From Phycisphaera mikurensis NBRC 102666 (GTDB lineage: Bacteria > Planctomycetota > Phycisphaerae > Phycisphaerales > Phycisphaeraceae): a DNA stretch of 32,000 bases. The translations under genes were made by a program, and so were the position numbers. Each line of letters starts with the position of its first letter. The first letter of the stretch is position 1. The notes below the pieces were generated by a model that worked only from the letters and a program-made list of their open reading frames with translations, ran no database searches and was not told where the DNA came from. Positions 24,100 to 31,581 of the stretch are shown here, in pieces. The DNA is taken from positions 1,500,001-1,532,000 of the forward strand of contig NC_017080.1 in assembly GCF_000284115.1 (NCBI RefSeq). The letters run 5' to 3'.

Positions 24100-25235
24100 T
24101 CGGTCGCCCCGCCACGCCCCCCGAACGCCCCCGCGACGCCGCCGCCGGCCCGCTGCGGCCGGTCCGCCCGCGCGCGGGGGCGCTGCTCTACGTCACCGTC
24201 CGCGACGCGCTGCACGACGCGATCCGCGACGGCCGCTTCGCGCCGGGCGAGCGGCTGCCCAGCACCAAGGACCTCGCCGCCATGTTCGAGGTCTCGCTGG
24301 TGACGACCCACCGGGCGATGCAGTCGCTGGAGGCCCGGGGCGTGCTCGACCGGGTGCAGGGCCGCGGCACCTTCGTCACCGAGCGCTCGGAGCGTCGCGT
24401 CCGCCGGCTCGCCGTGGTGCTCCAGCCGCAGGCGTCCCTCGCCGACTACTACTACGGCGACCTGCTCGACGGCATGAACCGGGCCGCGCGGGAGCTCGGC
24501 GCCGACCTGCTCATCCGCCACGCGACCGAGCCGGTGCGCCGCGTGGTGCCCGCCAGCAACGGCTCCTCGCCCGAGCGCGTGTGGGGCGGCTGCGACGCCC
24601 ATCTGCTCGTGAACCCGCTGCCCGAGGCCGCCGAGGCCTTCGCGGTCACCCTCGAGGACGGCGTGCCCTCGGTGCTGGTCGGGGCCCGCCACGGCGACAT
24701 GCCCCACGTGGACGTGGACAACGCCGACCTGATCGAGCAGGCGGTCACGCACCTCCACGACCGCGGCCACCGCCGCATCCTCTTCGTCGGCGGTGCCGGC
24801 AACCTCTCCAACAGCCGCGACCGGCTGGACGCCTTCGCCACGACCTGCGAGGCCTTCAAGGTGGCGGCGGCGCCGCGGCTGGTGGCGTCCAGCTGGCGGC
24901 TGCACGACGGCGAGAAGCGGGAGCTGGGCGACCTGCTCGGCTCCAGCGGCGGGCCCACGGCCGTCGTCGCCGCCGGCTACTACCTCGCGTTGGACGTTTA
25001 CGACGTCGCGGGTCGCCGCGGCCTGGAGATCCCCAAGCACCTCTCGGTCGTGGGCGTCGGCGACCCGATGAGCGCCCCGCACCTCTCGCCGCCGCTGACC
25101 ACGATGCGCCAGCCGCTCGTGGAGCTCGGCCACGCCGCCGTGGAGGCGGCCATCCACCTCATCGAGGGCGAGCCGCAGCCGAGCATCAACCTCCGGGCCC
25201 GGCTGGTGCCCCGCGCTTCCTGCCGCGCCATCTAG
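24096..25235 (+). CDS. AraR-type transcriptional regulator: GntR-family wHTH fused to a LacI/PBP1 sugar-binding domain
   Basis: ATG 24096 overlaps the upstream stop (ATGA). The N-terminus LPSTKDLAAMFEVSLVTTHRAMQSLEARGVLDRVQGRGTFV is a GntR HTH. The rest resembles a LacI-type ligand-binding domain (RRILFVGG, AVVAAGYYLALDVYD, LSVVGVGD, LTTMRQP). Confidence 0.85.
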   Translation: MIGRPATPPERPRDAAAGPLRPVRPRAGALLYVTVRDALHDAIRDGRFAPGERLPSTKDLAAMFEVSLVTTHRAMQSLEARGVLDRVQGRGTFVTERSERRVRRLAVVLQPQASLADYYYGDLLDGMNRAARELGADLLIRHATEPVRRVVPASNGSSPERVWGGCDAHLLVNPLPEAAEAFAVTLEDGVPSVLVGARHGDMPHVDVDNADLIEQAVTHLHDRGHRRILFVGGAGNLSNSRDRLDAFATTCEAFKVAAAPRLVASSWRLHDGEKRELGDLLGSSGGPTAVVAAGYYLALDVYDVAGRRGLEIPKHLSVVGVGDPMSAPHLSPPLTTMRQPLVELGHAAVEAAIHLIEGEPQPSINLRARLVPRASCRAI

Positions 25236-25332
25236 GCGACGCCGCCGGGGGGCGATCGAGGCCCTGCACCCGCCGGGCGGGCCGGGCGAGCCGGACATGA
25301 ATCGGGTGCCGCGACCGCCTCGGGTGGCGACT

Positions 25333-25378
25333 CCGCGGACCGTCGGCGTTTACGCTGCGCCGGCTCCACGGTCCGCGG
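25333..25378. repeat. 46-bp palindromic element, copy C, in a 5' leader
   Basis: The arms are exact and extend to 12 bp (TCCGCGGACCGT 25332-25343 / ACGGTCCGCGGA 25368-25379). The interior has an inner stem CGGCG-tttacgctg-CGCCG. It ends 10 nt before ATG 25389. The interior starts and ends like copy A. Confidence 0.85.
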
Positions 25379-25388
25379 ATCCACCGGC

Positions 25389-27056
25389 ATGCCCGACACC
25401 CTCCAGACGCCCATCCTCATCGTCGGCGCCGGCTGCGGCGGCTTCGCCGCCGCGCTCGCGGTTGCCCGCGCCGGCGGCTCCTGCGTCCTCACCGAGCCCA
25501 CCGATTGGGTGGGCGGGCAGCTGACCAGCCAGGCGGTGCCGCCGGACGAGAACGCCTGGATCGAGCCGGACGTCGGCGACGCGCAAGCGGCGACGGCGTC
25601 GTACCTCGCCTTCCGCGAGGCGGTCCGCAGCCGCTACCGGCGGGCGGAGTGCCTGACCGCCGCCGCCGCCGCCCGGCCGCGGCTCAACCCCGGCGACGGC
25701 TGGGTCAGCCGCCTGTGCTTCTCGCCCCGCATCGGCCAGGAGGTGCTCCGGGAGACGATCCGCCCGCACGTGGAGGCGGGGCGGATCCGCCTGCTCCTCG
25801 AGCACGAGCCGGTTTCCGCGGACGGCGCCGCCAACCGCGTGCGGAGCGTCACGGTCCGCGGCGGCGACGGCCGCGAGACCCGCATCGCCGCCGACTACGT
25901 GCTCGACGCCACCGAGGCGGGCGACCTGTACCCGCTGACCGGCTGCGAGCACGCCGTGGGCGCCGAGTGCCGCGACGCCTACGGCGAGCTGCACGCGCCC
26001 GCCGGCCGCGGCGACGGCCCCGGCGGCAGCCACCCGCGCGACCAGCAGGCCGTCTCGTGGTGCTTCGCGATGGAGCACCGGCCCGGGAGGAACCACGTCG
26101 GTCCCGAGCCCGAGGGCTACGCCCGCTGGCGCTCCTTCGTGCCGGACCTCGACCCGCCCTGGTGCGGGCCCCTGTTCTCGTGGCTGTCCCCCGGGGTCGA
26201 CGAGAGGCCCCGCGAGATGGGCATGGTCCCGTGGCCGGACCGGCCCGCCGACGGCGTCTGGGAGCTGTGGCGGTACCGGCGGATCGTCGACGCCTCCGCG
26301 CACACCGACGGCCGGCCCGACGTGTGCCTGGTGAACTGGGTGCAGATGGACCAGTTCGTCGAGCCGGTGCTGGGCGTGAGCCCCGATGCCGCCCGGGCCG
26401 CGCTTAAGCTCGCGAAGCAGCAGGCGCGCTGCCTCTTCCACTGGATGCAGACCGAGGCCCCGCGGCACGACGGCGGGCGCGGCTACCCGGGCTTGAAGCT
26501 CCGCGGCGACGAGCTTGGGACCGACTCGGGCTTCGCGAAGGCGGCCTACATCCGCGAGCCCCGCCGGCTGCTCGCGCGGACGATCATCCACGAGGGGCAC
26601 CTCGGCGCTGCGCAGCGTCGGGCCGCCGGCGAGCCGGAGGTCCCCGAGCTCGCCACGACCCTCGGCGAGTCCGTCCCCGCCGCCGAGCCCTTCGCCGACG
26701 CGGTCGGCGTCGGCCACTACCGCCTCGACCTGCACCCCAGCTGCGCCGGCCGCAACAGCGTCTACGTCGAGGCCGCGCCGTACCGCATCCCGCTCGGCTC
26801 GCTCATCCCCGTCCGCGTGGAGAACCTGCTCGCCGCCGGCAAGGGCTTCGGCGTCAGCCACGTGGTCAACGGCTGCACCCGGCTTCACCCGGTCGAGTGG
26901 ACCGTGGGGGAGGCGGCCGGCGAGCTCGCCGCGTGGTGCCTGGAGCACGGCCGCACGCCCGCCGAGGTGCACGCCGACGCCGCGCAGACCCGTCGCTTCC
27001 AGGACCGGCTGCGGGCCCGCGGCTTTGCGCTGGCCTGGCCTTGGGAGAAATCCTGA
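25389..27056 (+). CDS. FAD-dependent oxidoreductase (FAD_oxidored/PF12831-like)
   Basis: ORF track 555 aa. The N-terminus is ILIVGAGCGGFAAALAVARAG....TEPTDWVGGQLTSQAVPPDE (dinucleotide-binding fold), followed by a DATEAGDL motif. Confidence 0.85.
   Translation: MPDTLQTPILIVGAGCGGFAAALAVARAGGSCVLTEPTDWVGGQLTSQAVPPDENAWIEPDVGDAQAATASYLAFREAVRSRYRRAECLTAAAAARPRLNPGDGWVSRLCFSPRIGQEVLRETIRPHVEAGRIRLLLEHEPVSADGAANRVRSVTVRGGDGRETRIAADYVLDATEAGDLYPLTGCEHAVGAECRDAYGELHAPAGRGDGPGGSHPRDQQAVSWCFAMEHRPGRNHVGPEPEGYARWRSFVPDLDPPWCGPLFSWLSPGVDERPREMGMVPWPDRPADGVWELWRYRRIVDASAHTDGRPDVCLVNWVQMDQFVEPVLGVSPDAARAALKLAKQQARCLFHWMQTEAPRHDGGRGYPGLKLRGDELGTDSGFAKAAYIREPRRLLARTIIHEGHLGAAQRRAAGEPEVPELATTLGESVPAAEPFADAVGVGHYRLDLHPSCAGRNSVYVEAAPYRIPLGSLIPVRVENLLAAGKGFGVSHVVNGCTRLHPVEWTVGEAAGELAAWCLEHGRTPAEVHADAAQTRRFQDRLRARGFALAWPWEKS
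25816..25861. repeat. 46-bp palindromic element, variant copy G, inside a CDS
   Basis: Left arm CCGCGGACGG (9/10), right arm exact, interior 26 nt. Same codon phase as the other coding copies; it encodes SADGAANRVRSVTVRGG. This segment looks like a native part of the FAD fold, so its origin is unclear. Confidence 0.5.
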
Positions 27057-27072
27057 ATCCGTCGCAGAGGGG

Positions 27073-27128
27073 GTGATCCCCCGTGATCCGCCCTTGACAC
27101 GGGCGTGCCGCGGGGTATCTTCTATAAG
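27073..27128 (+). promoter_or_regulatory. Candidate promoter of the PC2-pseudopilin-ABC operon
   Basis: A direct repeat GTGATCC occurs twice (27073-27079, 27083-27089; 10-bp period). It abuts a consensus -35 TTGACA (27094-27099), followed by 16 nt and TATCTT (27116-27121), then TATAAG (27123-27128). ATG 27212 lies about 85 nt downstream with a GGAGA SD. Confidence 0.5.
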
Positions 27129-27211
27129 TCCGCACGGGGCTCTTCTGCTCCCGGCGGGCACGGCGACCGCTCGCCCGCGGTGCCGGACCCGCATTCCCTG
27201 GAGAACGATCC

Positions 27212-28363
27212 ATGACCGCCACCCCCGCCTGCAAGGGCCTCCTCGCCATCGCCGCCGCCGCCTTCGGCGGGTCGGCTTTCGCCGCGCCGAGCACGAGCGT
27301 CGACTTCTACAACCTCGGCGGCTTCAGCCTCGTCGGCTCATCGCCCACGGGCTCGATCGGTTCCGCCGCGTCGCTGGCCTACGACGGCAGCACGCTCTAC
27401 CTCGGGCAGGGGGCCGGACCGGCGACGTCGGCCGCTCCCTTCACCTTCGTGGACGATGCCTTCGGCGCCAACAACATCGGCACCAGCTTCGGCTCGGCGG
27501 TCGGCGGCAACGGTGTGACCGGGCTTGACGTCGCCGACGGCATCCTCGTGGGCGTCTCCACCAACGGCGGGGCCAACGACACGCTGCAGGTCTTCAACGT
27601 GGCCACCACGCCCACGGCCACCGCTGCCGGCGTGGTCTCCCCCGGCGACGTGGGCATGACCCGCTTCGACGCGGTCGCCCTCGACCCCGGCTTCGTCGCC
27701 GGCACACAGGGCGGTGCCGGTGTCTCCGCCGTGCAGTTCGGCAGCGGCAACCGTCGCCTCATCGATCCCGCCACCGGCAACCTTCTGAACACCGGTCCGG
27801 GCTACTTCAACGGCGCCGGCGGCAGCGGCTTCCGCGGCCTCGACTACGACCCGGCCACCGGCGACGTGTACGCCCGCACCGTCAACGGCATCCAGGTCGG
27901 CGTCCGCTCCGGCGACAATGGCGTGCAGACCGTCGGCGGCGCCGCGGGCACCAGCCAGGTCGTTGCCGATCCCAGCGGCTTCGCGGTGGGCCTGAACGTC
28001 GCCTACCTCGGCGACTTCGGAGGCAACGCCGACGACGCGTTGTTCATCTACAACGACCTGTCGGACGTCACCAGCACGTCCAGCTTCGACGCGTTGAACC
28101 TCGCGCAGCAGGACGGCGCCGCGGTCGCGGTCAACTTCCTCAACGCCGACGGCAGCGCCGCCTTCGCCGAGGTGCTGCAGACCTCGAACCAGACCGGCGT
28201 CTTCGACTTCAGCTTCGACCCCGGCACCGGGCAGCTGGCCGTTCTGGACGTCGCCAACGCCTACGTCTACCTCTTCGACGGCGAGCCGATCCCCGAGCCC
28301 GCCACCGCGGCGGTCGTCGCCCTCGGCGGCCTGGCCCTCCTGGGCCGCCGCCGCACCGCCTGA
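27212..28363 (+). CDS. PEP-CTERM sorting-domain surface protein (PC2)
   Basis: ORF track 383 aa. Signal peptide (LLAIAAAAFGGSAFA) and C-terminal IPEPATAAVVALGGLALLGRRRTA. Confidence 0.85.
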   Translation: MTATPACKGLLAIAAAAFGGSAFAAPSTSVDFYNLGGFSLVGSSPTGSIGSAASLAYDGSTLYLGQGAGPATSAAPFTFVDDAFGANNIGTSFGSAVGGNGVTGLDVADGILVGVSTNGGANDTLQVFNVATTPTATAAGVVSPGDVGMTRFDAVALDPGFVAGTQGGAGVSAVQFGSGNRRLIDPATGNLLNTGPGYFNGAGGSGFRGLDYDPATGDVYARTVNGIQVGVRSGDNGVQTVGGAAGTSQVVADPSGFAVGLNVAYLGDFGGNADDALFIYNDLSDVTSTSSFDALNLAQQDGAAVAVNFLNADGSAAFAEVLQTSNQTGVFDFSFDPGTGQLAVLDVANAYVYLFDGEPIPEPATAAVVALGGLALLGRRRTA

Positions 28364-28390
28364 GCCTCCGGCTCGATCGGACCGACCTTC

Positions 28391-28422
28391 GGCGTCCCGC
28401 GGCCCACCGGCCGCGGGACGCC
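28391..28422 (+). terminator. Perfect GC-rich hairpin (14-bp stem, 4-nt loop) after the PC2 gene
   Basis: GGCGTCCCGCGGCC-cacc-GGCCGCGGGACGCC followed by TTCT. It starts 28 nt after stop 28363 and lies 65 nt before ATG 28487. Confidence 0.65.
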
Positions 28423-28486
28423 TTCTCCCGGAGGAGACCCCACCACAAAGCCGCCCCGAAGACGCCGACGCGTCGAAAGATCCCGC

Positions 28487-29299
28487 ATGAACGCCTCCTC
28501 CCCCCGCCGTTCCGGTTTCACCCTGATCGAGCTGCTGGTCGTGATCAGCATCATCGCCCTGCTCATCGGGATCCTGCTGCCGGCGCTGGGCGCGGCCCGT
28601 GCGAGCGCCCGCACCCTCTCTTGCCTCAGCAACATCCGACAGATGACGATCGCGACGCTCAACTACGCGACCGACAACAAAGACGAGCTGCCCACGACGT
28701 TCGTGACGGACAACAACAACGACGGCACGAACGACCTCTGGTTCGACAAGCACATGATCGGGTACTACCTCCCCGACAGCGGCGTCTCCAGCTCGGCCTC
28801 GATCGATGGCTTCGCGTTCATCTGCCCCTCCGACGAGGGGAGCGTTCGCACCTACTCCATGAACGCCCGCGCGGCCAGCGACGCCAAGGAAGTCGGCATC
28901 AACAACGAGCGGAACAGCTCCTTCGACCTCAACGCGGGCGCAGGCACGCAGCTGATCCTCTTCGGAGAGGGGTGGGGGCGGTTCGGCACCGAAGCGCAGC
29001 ACTTCTCCAACGCCACGATCGGCGCCGAGGCCGGAACCACCCCCGGCGGACGCTTCGGCGGCACAGCGACGACGTTCAACAACCTCGCCTTCTACGGAGC
29101 CGCGAACGCCGCTCAAGCCAACACCAACTACCTCCTCCACGGCGGTGACGACATCAACCGTGCCGACGGTGCGAGCAACTGGACCTTCCTGGACGGGCAC
29201 GGCGAGACGGCGCAGCAGGAGACGCTCTACGATGCGTCCACGGGGCTCTCGACGTACAAGTTTCTGTGGTCGGAAACCGACCGGCAGTCCGAGCCGTGA
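28487..29299 (+). CDS. Prepilin-type N-terminal cleavage/methylation-domain protein (DUF1559-like pseudopilin), copy 2
   Basis: The N-terminus [33 protein letters not shown] is nearly identical to copy 1 and includes a 29-nt identical DNA stretch. The C-terminus is [10 protein letters not shown]. The stop lies 6 nt before the binding-protein GTG. Confidence 0.9.
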   Translation: MNASSPRRSGFTLIELLVVISIIALLIGILLPALGAARASARTLSCLSNIRQMTIATLNYATDNKDELPTTFVTDNNNDGTNDLWFDKHMIGYYLPDSGVSSSASIDGFAFICPSDEGSVRTYSMNARAASDAKEVGINNERNSSFDLNAGAGTQLILFGEGWGRFGTEAQHFSNATIGAEAGTTPGGRFGGTATTFNNLAFYGAANAAQANTNYLLHGGDDINRADGASNWTFLDGHGETAQQETLYDASTGLSTYKFLWSETDRQSEP

Positions 29300-29305
29300 G
29301 CTCGT

Positions 29306-30739
29306 GTGGTCGCTCGCTTCCTCCTGATCGCCGTGCTCGCGGGCTTGCCGCTGCTCAATGCGTGCGACCGCCGGAGCTCCGACGCGAAGCGCCTGGAGGT
29401 CTGGACCCTCGCCCTCTCCCCCTACTTCGACGACTACCTCACCGGCGTGTTCGGCGCCTTCGAGGCGGAGCATCCCGGCACCGAGGTCGTCTGGGTGGAC
29501 GTGCCCTTCGACGCGATCAACCGCAAGCTGGTCGCGGCCGCGGCGGCGGGGCGGGCGCCGGACGTGGTGAATCTCTCCGACCGTGATTTCGCTCGCGTGG
29601 CGGCGCTCGGCGGCCTGGCGGACCTCGACCCGTTGCTCGCGGACGGCGTGGTCGAGCGGTACCTGCCGGGCGCGGTCCGCGGGTTGCGGCTGAACGGCGG
29701 CCTGCGGGCGCTGCCGTGGTACCTGACGACGCAGGTGCGGATGGCCAACGCGGCGACGCTCGCCCGCGGCGGGCTCACGCCCGACACGCTCGCCAACGAC
29801 TGGACCGGGCTGCGCGACCAGGCGCGGGCCTACCACGAGGAAACCGGCGGCTTCCTCTTCTCGGTGCCGCTGGGCGAGACCTCCGAGCTGCCGATGATGC
29901 TGCTCAGCGAGGGCATCCGGCCGTTCCGCGAGACGCCGGATGGCTTGGTCGCCGACCTCACGCGTGAAGAAGTCGCCGGCTACGTCTCCGCCTGGGTCGA
30001 CCTCTACCGCGAGGGCGCCCTGCCCCGCGCCGCGGCCACCCGCGACCACACGCACCTGGTCGAGGGCTACCAGAAGGGCGAGATCGCGCTGATCCAAACC
30101 GGCAGCAACATGCTCGGCCGCATCCGCGACGCCGCGCCCGACGTGTACGGCGAAACCGTCGTGAAGCCCGGCGTCACCGGCCGCCTGCAGCGCTCGCACA
30201 TCGCCGCCATGGTGGTCGGCGTGAGCGGCAGAAGCGAACACCCCGAGGAGGCGGCCGCGCTCGCCGCCTTCCTCACGAGCCCCGCCAGCCAGACCGGCCT
30301 CTCCAAGCAAAGCGGCGTGCTGCCCTCGACGCCCGCCAGCCTCGACGACCCGTACTTCGCCTTCCCGGAGGGCGCGTCCGATGATCCGGAGGCCCGGCTC
30401 ACGGAGGCCCGCGCCACCAGCGCCGCCTCGCTGCGCACCGCCGTGGCGTTCACCCCCGCGATGGAGACCTGGCCCGAGCTGCGCCGCGCCTTCAACGAGG
30501 GCATCAAGCGCGCCCTGCTCGGCGGCGAGCCGACCGCCGGCGTCCTCGCCTCCATCGAGGCCGAGTGGAACCGCATCCTCGCCGCCGCCCGCCCCGTCGG
30601 CCCCGACGCCCTCCCGCCGGCGTCCCGGGTGCCACGCCCCTTGGGGGGTGGCGTTGGAAGTTCGGTGAGCGTCCCCACCCCCCAAGGGGCGTGGCACCCG
30701 GTTCCGGCCGCGGGCCTCGTCCTGCCGGAGGCCGCGTGA
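29306..30739 (+). CDS. ABC transporter extracellular solute-binding protein (family 1/CUT1-like), lipoprotein
   Basis: GTG 29306. Lipobox LPLLNAC. Motifs PDVVNLSD, YLPGAVRGLRLNGGLRALPWYL and GEIALIQTGSNM are typical of sugar-binding proteins. The last ~45 codons run through the 30625 inverted repeat and look non-native. Confidence 0.82.
   Translation: MVARFLLIAVLAGLPLLNACDRRSSDAKRLEVWTLALSPYFDDYLTGVFGAFEAEHPGTEVVWVDVPFDAINRKLVAAAAAGRAPDVVNLSDRDFARVAALGGLADLDPLLADGVVERYLPGAVRGLRLNGGLRALPWYLTTQVRMANAATLARGGLTPDTLANDWTGLRDQARAYHEETGGFLFSVPLGETSELPMMLLSEGIRPFRETPDGLVADLTREEVAGYVSAWVDLYREGALPRAAATRDHTHLVEGYQKGEIALIQTGSNMLGRIRDAAPDVYGETVVKPGVTGRLQRSHIAAMVVGVSGRSEHPEEAAALAAFLTSPASQTGLSKQSGVLPSTPASLDDPYFAFPEGASDDPEARLTEARATSAASLRTAVAFTPAMETWPELRRAFNEGIKRALLGGEPTAGVLASIEAEWNRILAAARPVGPDALPPASRVPRPLGGGVGSSVSVPTPQGAWHPVPAAGLVLPEAA
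29637..29682. repeat. 46-bp palindromic element, variant copy K, inside a CDS
   Basis: Left arm TCGCGGACGG (8/10 to consensus), right arm exact, interior 26 nt. Same codon phase as the other coding copies; it encodes LADGVVERYLPGAVRGL, which looks like a native binding-protein segment. Confidence 0.45.
30625..30701. repeat. Perfect 27-bp inverted repeat with a 23-nt loop (REP-like hairpin) at the binding-protein/permease junction
   Basis: The left arm CCGGGTGCCACGCCCCTTGGGGGGTGG (30625-30651) is the exact reverse complement of 30675-30701. I verified this base by base. It lies within the last 115 nt of the 29306 ORF. Confidence 0.92.
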
Positions 30740-31581
30740 AGCGAATCACCCCGTGGCTGTTCCTGTTCCCGGCGCTCCTGGTCCTGGGCGTGTTCGTCGT
30801 CGCGACCTTCGTGCAGGTCCTCTGGTACTCCTTCACCGACTTCAACGCCTTCAACGACGGCCGCTTCGTGGGCCTCGCCAACTACCGCCGCCTGCTCGCC
30901 GACGAGAAGTTCTGGTTCTGCCTCGGCAACAGCTTCCTCTACCTGCTCGTGACGCCGGTGCTGATGGCGCTCGCCCTCGCCGCCGCGCTGCTCGTCCACG
31001 CCGGGCTCCGCGGCCTCTGGGGCCTGCGGGCGTGGCTCTTCCTCCCGGTCGTCACGCCGACGATCGTCGCGGCGATCGCCTGGCGGCTGCTGCTCGACGA
31101 GGACGGCGGGCTCTTCAACCAGGTGCTGGCGTGGCTGGGCTCGGGCCCGGTCTACTGGCTCAGCGAGCGGCCCTGGAGCCTGATGTCGGCGATGATGGTG
31201 ACGGTGTGGAAGGGCTTCGGCTACTTCATGATGGTCTTCCTCGCCGGCCTGGTCGGCATCCCGCGCGAGCTGCACGAGGCCGCCGAGATCGACGGCGCCG
31301 GCCGCTGGTCGTCCTTCCTGCACGTCACGCTCCCGGGCTTGCGTCCGGTGCTGGTGCTGGTCGCGCTGATCTCCTCGATCTCGGCGCTCAAGGTCTTCGA
31401 AGAGCTCTACGTCACCATCAAGGGCGCCCCCGTCAGCCAGCAGACCGCCGTGCCGCTGATCTTCGACACCGCCTTCGAGCAAGGCGACTTCGGCCGGGCC
31501 TGCGCCATCGGCGTCGTGCTCTTCGCGGTCGTTCTCGTGTTCTCGCTGGTGCAGCTGCGGGTGGTCCGGGACCAGGCATGA
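30736..31581 (+). CDS. ABC transporter permease (MalF/UgpA-like, binding-protein-dependent transport TM component)
   Basis: ORF 30565..31581 trimmed to GTG 30736, which overlaps the upstream stop (GTGA). It shows multiple TM segments and the EAA loop ELHEAAEIDGAGRWSSFLHVTLPGLRP. Confidence 0.88.
   Translation: MKRITPWLFLFPALLVLGVFVVATFVQVLWYSFTDFNAFNDGRFVGLANYRRLLADEKFWFCLGNSFLYLLVTPVLMALALAAALLVHAGLRGLWGLRAWLFLPVVTPTIVAAIAWRLLLDEDGGLFNQVLAWLGSGPVYWLSERPWSLMSAMMVTVWKGFGYFMMVFLAGLVGIPRELHEAAEIDGAGRWSSFLHVTLPGLRPVLVLVALISSISALKVFEELYVTIKGAPVSQQTAVPLIFDTAFEQGDFGRACAIGVVLFAVVLVFSLVQLRVVRDQA

Noticed and set aside
22305-25235. A 976-aa plus-strand ORF
   Set aside because: Only the last 379 codons (from ATG 24096) are protein-like, forming the GntR/LacI regulator. 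The upstream part overlaps the better-supported beta-lactamase-like and phosphodiester-glycosidase genes in other frames.
27338-30697. A 1119-aa minus-strand ORF antisense to the PC2, pseudopilin and binding-protein genes
   Set aside because: It is the same GC artefact. The plus-strand frames carry unmistakable PEP-CTERM, prepilin N-terminal and solute-binding-protein signatures.
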